Source of the DNA: Octopus sinensis
Taxonomy: Eukaryota
Length of the DNA stretch: 64,000 nucleotides
NCBI RefSeq assembly: GCF_006345805.1
Contig: NC_043000.1
Span: forward strand, 32,364,001 to 32,428,000
Direction of reading: 5' to 3'
The notes beneath the pieces were generated by a model. That model worked only from the letters and a program-made list of their open reading frames with translations, searched no databases and was not told the DNA's origin. A program made the position numbers and the translations under genes. This document shows positions 47,470-58,650 of this stretch, piece after piece; position 1 is the stretch's first letter; each line of letters begins with the position of its first letter.

Positions 47470-48410
47470 AAGGGCCTTAAGGTTAACTTAGAAAGGACTA
47501 AGGTTTCAGTAAAAAAGAAAACAGACAGGATCCATATAAACAAAAGATTCTCAAATGCCCTGGAAGCTCTTTAGAGGTAGTGGATAATTTCTACACCTTA
47601 GGGGACCAAATTAGTAGTTGGGGGAGGATGTATTGAAAGTGTAATAACTAGAATAAGAATAGGATGGAGAAAATTCAGAGAGCTTTATATCTGTTGGCAA
47701 CCAAGCAAAAGGAAGATTGTACGATGCATCTATACGAATAGCAATTCTACATGGTAGTGAGATGCAGGCTCTAAATGCAGAGAACATGTGAAGGATAGAG
47801 GGGAATGAGGTTAGTATGCTCTGCTGAGAGAGAAGTTAGGCATGAGAGGAATTAGGTGCAGTGTGCAAGAGAGAAGACTGCGCTGGTTTGGTCATGTGAT
47901 GTGGATGGATGCTGACAAGTCTGTAAAGAAGTGCTGATCCCTGAAAAAGGATAGGAGACCCAGGAAGACATGGGACAGAGTACTGAAGGATGAGCTCAGG
48001 ACATAGGACCTTATGGTTGAGATGACAAAGGATTGAGATGTCTGGTGTCTTGCCAGACTCAAGAAGACCCGCCTTACACAGCAGAAGTGTCAATGCTGCT
48101 CCCCCTGATGATGAGAATTGGCCTGCAAGGGCCCCGTGCTAATGTCATGTAATAAAGCACCTGTGTCAGCGCCACATAAAAGGCACTCGTGCCAGCACAA
48201 TGCAACAGCACCTGTGCCAGTGACACATGAAGGTGCCGGGGCAGGCACCACATAGAACATGTAAAAAGCACCCGACACACTCTGAAAAGTGGTCAGTGTT
48301 AGGAAGGGCATCTGGCCTTAGAAACCAAGCCAAATCAGACTACTGAACCTGGTGCAGCTCTTCAACACATGCCAGCATGGAGAACGAACGTTGAATGATG
48401 ATGATGATGA
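47470..48410 (+). mobile_element. Decayed RTE 3' fragment
   Basis: LEVVDNF..LGDQIS and QERRLRWFGHV remnants plus tail. Confidence 0.75.
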
Positions 48411-48599
48411 TGTATAGATAGAAAGAGAGAAAGAGAGAGAGGGGGAGAGAGGGAGGGAGGGATGTGGGAGAGCTGTGTTATTCCTCTCCAGTCATATGAA
48501 AATAATCAGTAAATTTAATTACACTTTTAGTAATGACCTTGAAGGATATAAGCCAACTTTGTTTCAAATACCCATGTCTTATTATGTATTGTTACATTG

Positions 48600-48652
48600 A
48601 TTACACACACACACACGCACATATAGCTGCAGTATCTATAAATGTATGTATG

Positions 48653-48695
<43 letters not shown>

Positions 48696-49173
48696 TCATG
48701 CATGGGTGTCTATGGTATGTGTATGTATATACTTGTGTGATTATCTTAGACTTCATAGTTACACAATCATCACACCTGCTTCCATAATGTATGTAGGAGT
48801 ATGATAACATGTGTGTGTGTGATTTATATACATAAAATTGTATGTATGTATGTATGTATGTATGCATGTATGTATGTATGTATGTATATGTATGTATGCC
48901 TCAGCAGCAGCAATAGCATTACTGTTCATCTGCTTTGTATCCAGGTGTGTTTTGGACAGGTGACCACAGTCCATTCCAGTTCTCATTTGGAACTGGTGTC
49001 TTGCCAGACAGGTTGGGAACAACATCGCATATGTTTCATTTTTGGCATGTCTATTGTAGCCTAATGCCATTAATAACAACAACAACAACACACACACACA
49101 CAAACATGGTCAAAGGAAGACAGACATTAAATGTGATGATGATGATGATGATATATATATATATATAGATACG

Positions 49174-49232
<59 letters not shown>

Positions 49233-49233
49233 T

Positions 49234-49266
<33 letters not shown>

Positions 49267-49275
49267 CATACATAA

Positions 49276-49339
<64 letters not shown>

Positions 49340-49370
49340 GTGTATGTATGTATGTATGTATGTATGTAAT
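48600..49370. repeat. Large compound microsatellite block (CA, TA, TATG, GAT)
   Basis: Direct inspection. Confidence 0.9.
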
Positions 49371-49574
49371 CAAAGTCTGTGTTGTTTGATTGTAGTGGAA
49401 ACAGATTGTGATATTAAAATGTTTTCACAAATGGGCCCTTAAATACACAGCATTTCACCTAAAATAAAGGCCCTGTACATTTCTGTATCTAGAACTGTCA
49501 AACTAACAATTTTATTTCTCGTTTTATTAACACAAGAAAATCAATCATAACCATTCTACGTTTATGTATCTGGC

Positions 49575-49775
49575 AGTATGTGTTATGGTCTAGTTACTTG
49601 TATTGTAAATCAGGTGGTTCATGAAGGAGTCATACTCAATGACTGGTGTAGCAGCACCATCGTCGACTGCTTAGATAGAAATAATTACAGAGGTATCATA
49701 TTATTGGATCAGGTGATGAAAGTCATGGAGAGGGTCATGGCCCAAATAATTAGGGAGAAAGTTAGTTTAGATGTC
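49575..49775 (+). pseudogene. Short RTE RT fragment
   Basis: [19 protein letters not shown]...[14 protein letters not shown]. Confidence 0.85.
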
Positions 49776-50006
49776 ATTGACAAATCTCACCACATGACAT
49801 CACCTTTCTAACAGCCCCTCCCTCCACCTGTGTTCACTCACTGCATTCCCTTCCCCTCCACCCAATTACCCAATCCAATCCTCTCTACCATTTCACTTAT
49901 ACCTCAATGTATCTCCTTTACCATCTTCTCTCTCTCTCTTTTCCCAGCAAGAATAGTCATGAGTCCCCTTTACTGCTAGACACTTATTTCTGTCCTCCCT
50001 GTCATA

Positions 50007-50146
50007 TTCATCTTATTTGTTTGAAGCTGTTTGCAAAGTAGACTGGCTACAATTTTTTTTTTTTTTTTTTCCATTTCTGTGTGGAGTCAGGACATGATAG
50101 ATATTCACTTATTTCTGGTTTAAGTTGATGATGTGCAGGAAGAAAA
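50007..50146. repeat. Left arm of a 140/143-bp inverted repeat (partner 51889-52031)
   Basis: Reverse complements match except for 4 substitutions and poly(T) 18 versus poly(A) 21. Confidence 0.95.
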
Positions 50147-51041
50147 CGCAACACACCCTTCTATTTGCCGACGATATCAAACTGGTCGCTCCTTGCGGTG
50201 ATATAGAGGATCTTCGTCGATGCCTCCACCAAATTTGGAAGTGGTCTAACGAATGGGACCTGTGTCTGAACGTGTCAAAGTGCTGTCATCTGCCTGTTGG
50301 CTCTCCTCCTGCAACTCAACTTGATTTCGAGCCGGGTCGTCTGCTGCTGGAGAGGACTGATCAGGTAAAGGACCTGGGTATCTTGGTGGATTCCTCCTTT
50401 TCGCCTTCGGCCCAGTGCGTCCATGCTGCCAACAAAGCACGCGGAATTCTGTTCTTGATTCGACGGTCATTCGGAATGCTCACAGCAGCCATATTCCTAC
50501 CACTCTATGTCACGCTGGTGAGACCCATATTGGAGTACGGGATTCAAGCCTCTTCTCCTTATCTCCTCAAAGACATACAGCATCTCGAAAGAGTCCAGAA
50601 GCTGGCTACCCGCATGGTTCATGGTCTCAAAAATTTGTCCTATGAAGAAAGGCTGAGGACGCTCGACCTTTATTCTCTTGAAAAACGCTGCCGCCGTGGT
50701 GATCTCATTCTCGCCCACATCATAAGCGGAAAGTGTAACCTCTCGAAAGAGCTGTTCTTCACTCCTACTCCAGAGCATCGGCTGCGGGATCATTCCGAAA
50801 AGCTCTACCTGCGACGATTTCATCTCAATCGAAGGAGAGGAGCTTTCTCCGTCCGGGTTGCGGATCTGTGGAACAAGCTGCCAGACGAGATGGTGAAGAT
50901 GCCGACGACTGCTTTGTTCAAAGCCTCCCTTGACCTCAAGTGGCCTGAACTCTTTACATGAACACCACCCTGTACTTAACTCCATGTCCCCCTACATGGC
51001 CTTGCTATTTGCTTTTGAGCCAAATTAACTAACTAACTAAC
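50147..51041 (+). mobile_element. 5'-truncated CR1-clade LINE with open RT C-terminal ORF and (TAAC)n tail
   Basis: Uninterrupted frame to TGA 50961: LFADDIKL, LNVSKC, DQVKDLGI, LVRPILEYG, HLERVQKLATRM, LSYEERL..L.LYSLE.R..RGDLI, NKLP; short 3' UTR; (TAAC)4 at 51026-51041. Confidence 0.92.
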
Positions 51042-51324
51042 TCTGATCTCTCGAAGCACCATGCCTCAGCACTACTCCCCCACCCACCCAGTTGAGAGGT
51101 CATTGTCTTGAAAGTTACCTGGTGACCTGTGACAGGTGGTGGTGCCAGGTAAGAAGCACCAAGTACATACTGTAGTGGTTGGCATTAGGAAGGTCATCCA
51201 GCCGTAGAAACCATGCCAAAGCGGACAGGAGAGCTAGGCTTAGTCTTCTGACTTGCCAGCTCTAGTCAAACCATCCAACCAGACATTAAATTATATATAT
51301 AAATGCACACACACACACACACAG

Positions 51325-51620
51325 CATTGGGCTCACAATCACGAGGTGGTGAGTTTGATTTCCAGACCAGGATGTGCATTGTGTTCTTGAACAAGACACT
51401 TTATTTCAGTTTGCTTCAGTTCACTCAGCTGTAGAAATGAGTTGCTGTATTGGCCTTTGCTTTTACCCTTGGATAACATCGGTGGCATGGAGAGTGGGGT
51501 GGCTGGTATGCATGGCTGACTGCTGGTCTTCCATAAACAACCTTGCCCAGACTTGTGCCTTGGAGGTATCTTTCTAGGTCCAATCCCATGATCATTCATG
51601 ACCGAAGGGAGGTGTCCTCA
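51325..51620 (+). mobile_element. SINE family E
   Basis: GAGTTTGATTTCC B-box-like motif; 3' half matches the reverse complement of 52793-52955. Confidence 0.7.
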
Positions 51621-51888
51621 TACACACACACACATATATATATATACATGCCTATACATGATACATATATATATATCATCATCATCATTCAACATGTTTT
51701 CCATGATGCTGGTATGGGTTGCATATGTACACACGTACACACACACACGCACACATACACACACACACACATACATATAGTGTTGGTGGTACAGATAGGA
51801 GGAACAGAACCCAAAATACTAAAAATAAATATCTGTTTACTCTTTAAATTCAGCTTCACAGATAATCCAGATGCTATTTTCCTCCTGT

Positions 51889-52031
51889 TTTTCTTCCTGC
51901 ATATCATCAACTTAAACCAGAAATAAGTGAATATCTATCATGTCCTGACTTCACACGAAAATGGAAAAAAAAAAAAAAAAAAAAATTGTAGCCAGTCTAC
52001 TTTGCAAACAGCTTCAAACAAATAAGATGAA
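51889..52031. repeat. Right arm of the inverted repeat (embedded in unique sequence)
   Basis: See 50007-50146. Confidence 0.95.
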
Positions 52032-52792
52032 AGCTTCTAGTTGGGAGATTGAGACTGGTTTCAAGTGAGGAGTTCTACAAGAGATTACAGCCGAGTCAAT
52101 CGACTAAATTACTTGTCTCACAAGTATTTCACTATGAAAAATTAATTTGTTGCACTCATGCTGCCTCTCTCCTCCATCATGGCATGTCATCACACCGAAC
52201 CTCTGACATTGATTGGTGTCAGCTAACAGACCATGACAAGACTTGAGGCTAACTTATCCATGACAACAACAGCAGCAACAACAACAACGGCTACAACATT
52301 GGTAACAAACATAAACTATAAACAATAACAGGGAAATCACTGCAAGTATAAAGCTGTGCACTTGAGACACACTTACTGTTGTAGACGATAATTATTGACT
52401 GGATTAATTAAAGCCTTTTTTGTGTTTTTTATGTTTTCAAAGAGTGACAACAGGTGAGGAACAAAACAACTTTACCAGCACCACATTGCTACTATTAACT
52501 ACTGTTCACAAGTCAATAATATCAATACACACACACACACCTGGTTATGATATTTTACCATTGTGGAAACTTGGATAAATTTTAACAATTTTTTAAAACT
52601 AAAATTACAATCTGTATTTATGTACATACATACATACATACATACATATTATTTATGTATATACATATTATTTATTAATAAATTTGTACTCTATAAAAGT
52701 ATAGATAACCCTTAAGGTTAATGTAAAACTGTTTTTATTATAATTGAACACAAAAACAAACATTAATACACACACACACACACATATATAGG

Positions 52793-52955
52793 GTAAGGGG
52801 TTAAGACCTCCTTTGGTCATGAATGACCATGGGATTGCACCTAGAAAGATCCCCTCCAAGGCACAAGTCTGGGCAAGGTTGTTTATGGAAGACCTGCAGT
52901 CGCCCATGCATACCAGCCACCCCTCTGCATGTCCGACAGCAGTGTTATCCATTGA
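52793..52955 (-). mobile_element. SINE family E 3' fragment
   Basis: Reverse complement of about 51465-51620. Confidence 0.75.
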
Positions 52956-54639
52956 TGAGCAATGGTGAGTAAAGTAGTTGTAGATAATGTTTTCTTATTC
53001 TCACTAGTGTTAAGGAAATTACACACATACACAGATTCATTCACTAATGTGAATATTAAATTTTCTCATTTGAATGCACAGTAACCATTTGGATTCCTCA
53101 TTCGTGCATAGATATCTTAAAATAATATTAGCGTTTGTGAATGTATGTGTAGGTGTGTGCGTGTGAGTAGTGTATTTCTGAAAGCAAATGACTGTCTGTT
53201 TGATCAATAACCTATAAACATGTTCATAAACAGCAGAGATTTCACCAAGTTCATCTCCAACACACAATGTCTCAGTAATACCAACATTTAATCACGCTCA
53301 CCACCATCACGGGTTCTCCAATATTAAATGAACATTGGCCCCAGTATCTCGACTACTTCTCTGTTTAAACTACTTCTAATCTTCTTCACTAACACTACGG
53401 GGATTTCACCATCACATGACCTCTAGCAATGTCCAACAACATCACAAATACTTCCGTGTCTGTCATATACCATCTGAATGATTACCAATGCCATACATTT
53501 TTCTGTTCAAAAAATATTTGAAGAGATTCACAAACACCACAAATTCTTCACTATGATTCAAAATCTAACCAAGTTTCCTTACAACACTGTAAAACAAAAT
53601 AACAAAAAAAAAGTTATATATTTCTACCTATTCAACGTGACAAATACTTCCTTATCAAACATTAGTTTGCGAAGTTCCCGGCAATCTGATATGTCAAAGC
53701 ATCTGATAACTTATACACCCACACTAACGAACTAAAAGAAATAAATATCGTCGTTAAATACTCATGCATGATTTACACATCAGTTGGATAACAACTAGGG
53801 ATTATGTGGATAACATTTGTAAAACACTTATATATAAATAAGGCAAATGGAATTACAATTTTTTGAAAGACAAAAAAAGGGGATTAATGTTTTGGAAGCC
53901 AAAACAATGTAAGTAGTTTCTATCTTAAATAAGCATTTTTTATTCAATGACCCTTCATTTGTTTGCTTGTTTTTACATCTATTTTTCCATGCTAGCATGG
54001 GTTAGACGAATGTATTATTATTGAGGCATTGCACAGCTGGATGCTCTTCTGGTTGTTGACCCATGTGACCTATTTTTTAGGTAAAGACAGAGGAATCTCT
54101 TATTTCACACATCTTCCAAGGCACAACCCCAGCAAATGATTTGTTCACAAGAGACTAATGTCAGTGCTTGTAGTTCTCACATTTGCAGACATACACAGGC
54201 ACACACATACATGTCTACCTCTCTTTCTATATATATCTACATGCTTATATATATATATATCATTATCCTCATCATCATCGTCCTTTAACATCCATTGTCC
54301 ATGCCGGCATGGGTCGGACACTTTGACCAGAGCTGTCAAACTGGAAGGCTGCATTAGGCTCCAGTCTGACTTGGCATGGTTTCTACAGCTGGATGTCCTT
54401 CCTAATGCCAACCCCTTCACATAGTCTGTTGGTTGCTTTCATATGGCATCGTATGGACACTTTTATGTGGCACACCACAAGCACTTTCATATGGCACTGC
54501 ACAGGCACTTTTACATGCTCTTATATGGCACCACTATGAGTGCTTTACACTAGCAGAGGAACCATCTTTAACACTTCTGCTGCAGAGTGTAGGCCTTCTT
54601 CAGTACAGCAAGGCACCAGGCATCTCAGTCCTTGTCATC

Positions 54640-54840
54640 TTGCCGGAAAGACTGACTACCATTGGCGATTTTTTTTTCCTGTCTTCCCTTCTCTGGATCT
54701 TTCCTTCTCCTATGTTTCCGACGAAGAGCTCTGCTCGAAACGTTAAACCCTCCTTCTTTCCTGACCGTCCAATAATACTATATTTGTTCCACGTCCTCGC
54801 GTTGTTGTGTTTTTTTTTGTGCTTTCATGTTTGGATTAAC
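54640..54840 (+). mobile_element. Short repeat with hammerhead-like motif (Penelope-like terminal fragment)
   Basis: GTTT-CCGACGA-A-GAGCTCTGCTC-GAAACGTT-AAAC; followed by TA-rich tract. Confidence 0.5.
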
Positions 54841-54995
54841 TTTATATATATATATCTTATATATATATCTTATTATACTAATTATCTTTTTTTAATAATT
54901 TTGATATATATTTAAAATAATATAAATTAATTAATATTATGTATTGGCTTAAGTTTTTCATTGTATGATTTGCCTAATAGTGGTTTTATCTCTAA

Positions 54996-55039
<44 letters not shown>

Positions 55040-55074
55040 TATATGTGTATGTATGTATATATATATATATTTAT

Positions 55075-55292
55075 ATCATCATCATCATCGTCATTGTTTA
55101 ACATCCGCTTTCCATGCTAGCATGGGTTGGACGATTTGGCTGAGGACTGGTGAACCAGATGGCTGCACCAGGCTCAAATCTTGATTTGGCAGAGTTTCTA
55201 CAGCTGGATGCCCTTCCTAACGCCAACCACTCCGAGAGTGTAGTGGGTGCTTTTATGTGCCCCAAGGGCTAGTCAGGCGGTACTGGCAACGG
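55075..55292 (-). mobile_element. RTE tail fragment between (TA)n tracts
   Basis: Standard terminus; TA runs on both sides. Confidence 0.85.
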
Positions 55293-55299
55293 TCATATA

Positions 55300-55770
55300 T
55301 ATAATAGTTATTGCCTCTGCTAGCAACAAAACAATTCTTTCCTAGAGTGAAAGACAGATTGTATGATGCTTGTGTATGAGCTATACCTCATGGTAGTGAG
55401 ACATGGATTCTGAATGTAGAAGACATATATAGACTAGAGAGGAATGAATGTAGTATGCTCCGTTGGATGTGCAACATCATTGTACATGTAGGACAAAGTG
55501 CAAATGTTCTGAGAGAAAACTTTGGGCAGAAGAGGAATCAGATGCAGCATGCAAGAGAGAAGACTATATTGGATTGGATATGTGATGTGTATGAGGACAG
55601 TTGTATAAAGAGGTGTTGATCGCTGAAAGTGGATGGCACCTATGGAAGAGGGAGACCCAAGAAGACATGGGATGAAGTGGTGAGAATTGATCTCAGATGT
55701 AGGAGATGACAATGGACTGAGATGTCTGGTGATATGAGGTTCTTGAGAAGACCTGAGTTTTGGAAGTGCT
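55300..55770 (+). pseudogene. Decayed RTE C-terminal fragment
   Basis: LYDACV...HGSETW, QERRLYWIG, GRGRPKKTWDEVVR remnants. Confidence 0.8.
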
Positions 55771-56664
55771 GTGCGCTCCACCCACATGTAACAATAAACT
55801 TTTCCCATACCCTACCCCAACAAACCAAACTACATCTCCTCTTCCTCAAATTTCCTCTTTTCCATGCACTATGCTTATCCCTCACTCCCCAATCCTGTCC
55901 CCACTGTCTTGCTCAGTGTATCATTGCTATCCTCTTATCCCCCCTCCTCTATATACCCACAGTTCACCAGTCATTGCATTCATGTGAAGTCTACTCCCTA
56001 CTCATGCACCCTTGGCAAATACTCTACCACCATCTCTCTCCTGCTCTCTTGCTTTTTCTTCTTCTCTCTCTCTCTGACTGAATAACCATGTATCTCCTCT
56101 AAAACAAGACACTTGTTTCTGACCCTGTTTCACTCTAACCTTTCATCACCAAGCATAAAGCCACCCCACCCCAAGATCCCATCCCCTCTCAAAGGATCTT
56201 TATCTTGTAAGTTACTTGATGACCTTGCCAGAGCTGATGCTGAGTAAAAAGCATCCAGTCCACACTGTGAAGTGGTTAGGGTTAGAAAGGGCATCCAACC
56301 ATAAAACCCAGGCAAAACTGACAGTGAAACCTGGTGCAGCCTTCCAGCTTGCCAACCCCTGTCCAACCCATGCCTGCTAGGAAAGCAGATATTAAACGAT
56401 GATGATGATGATATAATTATGTGTGTGGTGGTGGTAGTGGGGGAGAGTACTGGAAAGTTCCTGGCTTTGCGTAAAAGAAAATACAGGAGAATCAGTTAAT
56501 CATGATTTTATTCAACATATTCCCCTCTCAGATTCCTACACTTACTGCAGTGCAGTCCTTTAATTTTACTAAGCCCTGTCAAACAACTTGGAAGGTTGGG
56601 CCCCCAACCAGGCCTTTAGCGATTCCTTTAAAGTCAGGAACTTTTCAGTACCCCCTTGTATATA

Positions 56665-57110
56665 TCCTCATCATTTAGCATCCAATTTCCATGCTGCCAT
56701 GGGTTGGATGGATTGACTGAAAACTGGTAAGCTGGGGAGCTGCACCAAGTTCCAACCCGGTTTGGCCCTTCCTAACACCAGCCACTCCAGGAGTGTAATG
56801 GGTGCTTTTTACGTGCAAGTTATGTATCACTAGCATCGGCCATGACTACGATTTCACTTGGCTTGACGGGTCTTCTCAAGCACAGCATAACAACAAAGGC
56901 CTCACTCACTTGTCATTGCCTTCCATGAGACCCAATGTTCAAAGATCATGCTTCACCACCTCGTCCCGTATCTTCCTGGGTCTATGCTGTTCTTGTCCAT
57001 ACACATCACATGACCATACCAGCGCAGTTGTCTCTTTTTGCACACCACATCTGATGCTTCATATGCCCAAATTTTCTCTCAAGATGCTTACGCTGTGTCA
57101 TACAGCCTCT
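56665..57110 (-). mobile_element. RTE 3' fragment
   Basis: QKRQLRWYGHV and [12 protein letters not shown] remnants with tail. Confidence 0.75.
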
Positions 57111-57189
57111 TTTCTCATACTTTAATTCCTCATCTCTTCATGGTTCACAATTTATAATAAAACCAAATAAGATTGCATTTATAAGGAGA

Positions 57190-57690
57190 GGAATTTACAT
57201 AAAATCTGTGAGGCATCCATTAGGACCCTTCAATATGATCTTTTGGAATCCACTTATTTTCAGGTTGCCAGGAATTTGGTCTGCATATTTTTTTTGTCTT
57301 TTTGATATTACTCCAAGTGTCCCAATAACAATTGGTAATAATGTTGCTCTTCAGATGCCATATTCTTCTGATTTCTATATCCAGGTTCTTATATTTATTC
57401 AATTTCTCAAATGTTTTCAGAGATTTTTTTTTTTTTGTCAGCTGGGTCTGCCATATCTATCAAGAAACAAATCTTTCCAACATGCCTTTCCACAATAATA
57501 TCTGGTCAGTCAGCCTGTGTTTCCCAATCAGTTTCTAACTTCAACTTTTTGGATGGGTAACTTGTGGTGATCTGTGTTCCACCAATTACCATTGTGATGG
57601 AGGCTATATGAACGGCATATTACCCAGTCAATGTACTGAGCTTGCCCTGTTGTGTCTTTGCAAGTTATCTGAAGATTATGTGGTTGGCTA
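57190..57690 (-). pseudogene. Third R4/Dong-type 3' fragment
   Basis: KYKNLDIEIRRIWHLK, the conserved REL C-terminal KY..L..EI.R.W motif. Confidence 0.7.
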
Positions 57691-57702
57691 TTATTATTAT
57701 TG

Positions 57703-58370
57703 AAGGCGGCAATCTGGCAGAATTGTTAGCACACCAGGTAAAATGCTTAGCAATATTTTATCTGGTGCTGTGTTTTGAGTTCAAATCCTGTCAAGATTGA
57801 CTTTGCTTTTCACCCTAATGAGGTCAATGAAATGAGCACCAGTTATACACTGGGGTTGATGTAAACGACTAGCCCCCTTCCCCACCAAATTTTCAAGGCC
57901 TTGTGCCTAGAGTAGAAATAATAACAATAATTATTATTATTTAGGTGACGAGCTGGCAGAATCATTAGCGCACTGGATGGAATGCTTAGCGGTATTTCAT
58001 CTGTTACTACATTCTGAGTTTAAATTCCACCAAGGTCAACTCTGCCTTTTATCCTTTCGGGGTCAATTAAATAAGTACCAGTTGAGGACTGAGGTTGATG
58101 TAATTCGCTAGTCCCCTCCCCACAAATTTGAGGCCTTTTGCCTCCAGTAGAAAGGATTATAATTATTATTGAGGCAACAAGCTGGAAAAATTGTTAGCAC
58201 AACAGAAAAAATGCATGGCATGGTTTCTTCCATGTTCAAACTCTGCTGAGGCTGACTTTGCCTTTCATCCTTTCAGGGTCAGTAAAATAGGTACCAGTTA
58301 AGTACTGGGGTCAATGAAATCAACTACTATCTCTCCCAAAATTTCAGGCCTTGCACTTATAGAAAGAATT
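57703..58370 (+). mobile_element. Three head-to-tail family C SINEs separated by (TTA)n
   Basis: Units at about 57703, 57945 and 58172, each with CTGG(C/A)A(G/A)AA head, TTCAAA B-box-like motif and GCTTT/GCCTTT...GGTCA..AAAT core. Confidence 0.85.
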
Positions 58371-58371
58371 A

Positions 58372-58409
<38 letters not shown>

Positions 58410-58650
58410 GAGTGAGAGAGCAGTACACCATCAAAGTGATGCTGGGGTACAAATATACAAAGCCCAATATACCCACCGTGACAATCCGTCTGATAAGGGT
58501 ACATTAGGCATATGCATCATGACCATGGGTGTGCAACATGACCTTGTATCAAAATAAACAACACAACAGGTGGGGCTCAGAATCCCTCTCAATACATGGC
58601 TATGATGTTCCCCCACTACTCCTACTTATGATCAGGGATGCATATATTGT
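58410..58650. mobile_element. Internally deleted copy of the ~560-bp element
   Basis: GAGTGAGAGAGCAG...ATCAAAGTGA start and GAATCCCTCTCAA.ACATGGCTATGATG shared with 43497-44052. Confidence 0.8.

Noticed and set aside
48533-49373. ORFs rich in Y/I/H/T/C/V (also 29685-30162, 38014-38233, 51543-51926)
   Set aside because: Translations of microsatellites.
50125-50146. Start of the 278-aa ORF as a genuine gene start
   Set aside because: The first codons come from the inverted-duplicated flank; the remainder is a 5'-truncated CR1 ORF2.
51465-52955. Second inverted repeat nested near the CR1 locus, suggesting a foldback transposon
   Set aside because: Explained by two diverged, oppositely oriented copies of SINE family E; no shared termini or TSD.
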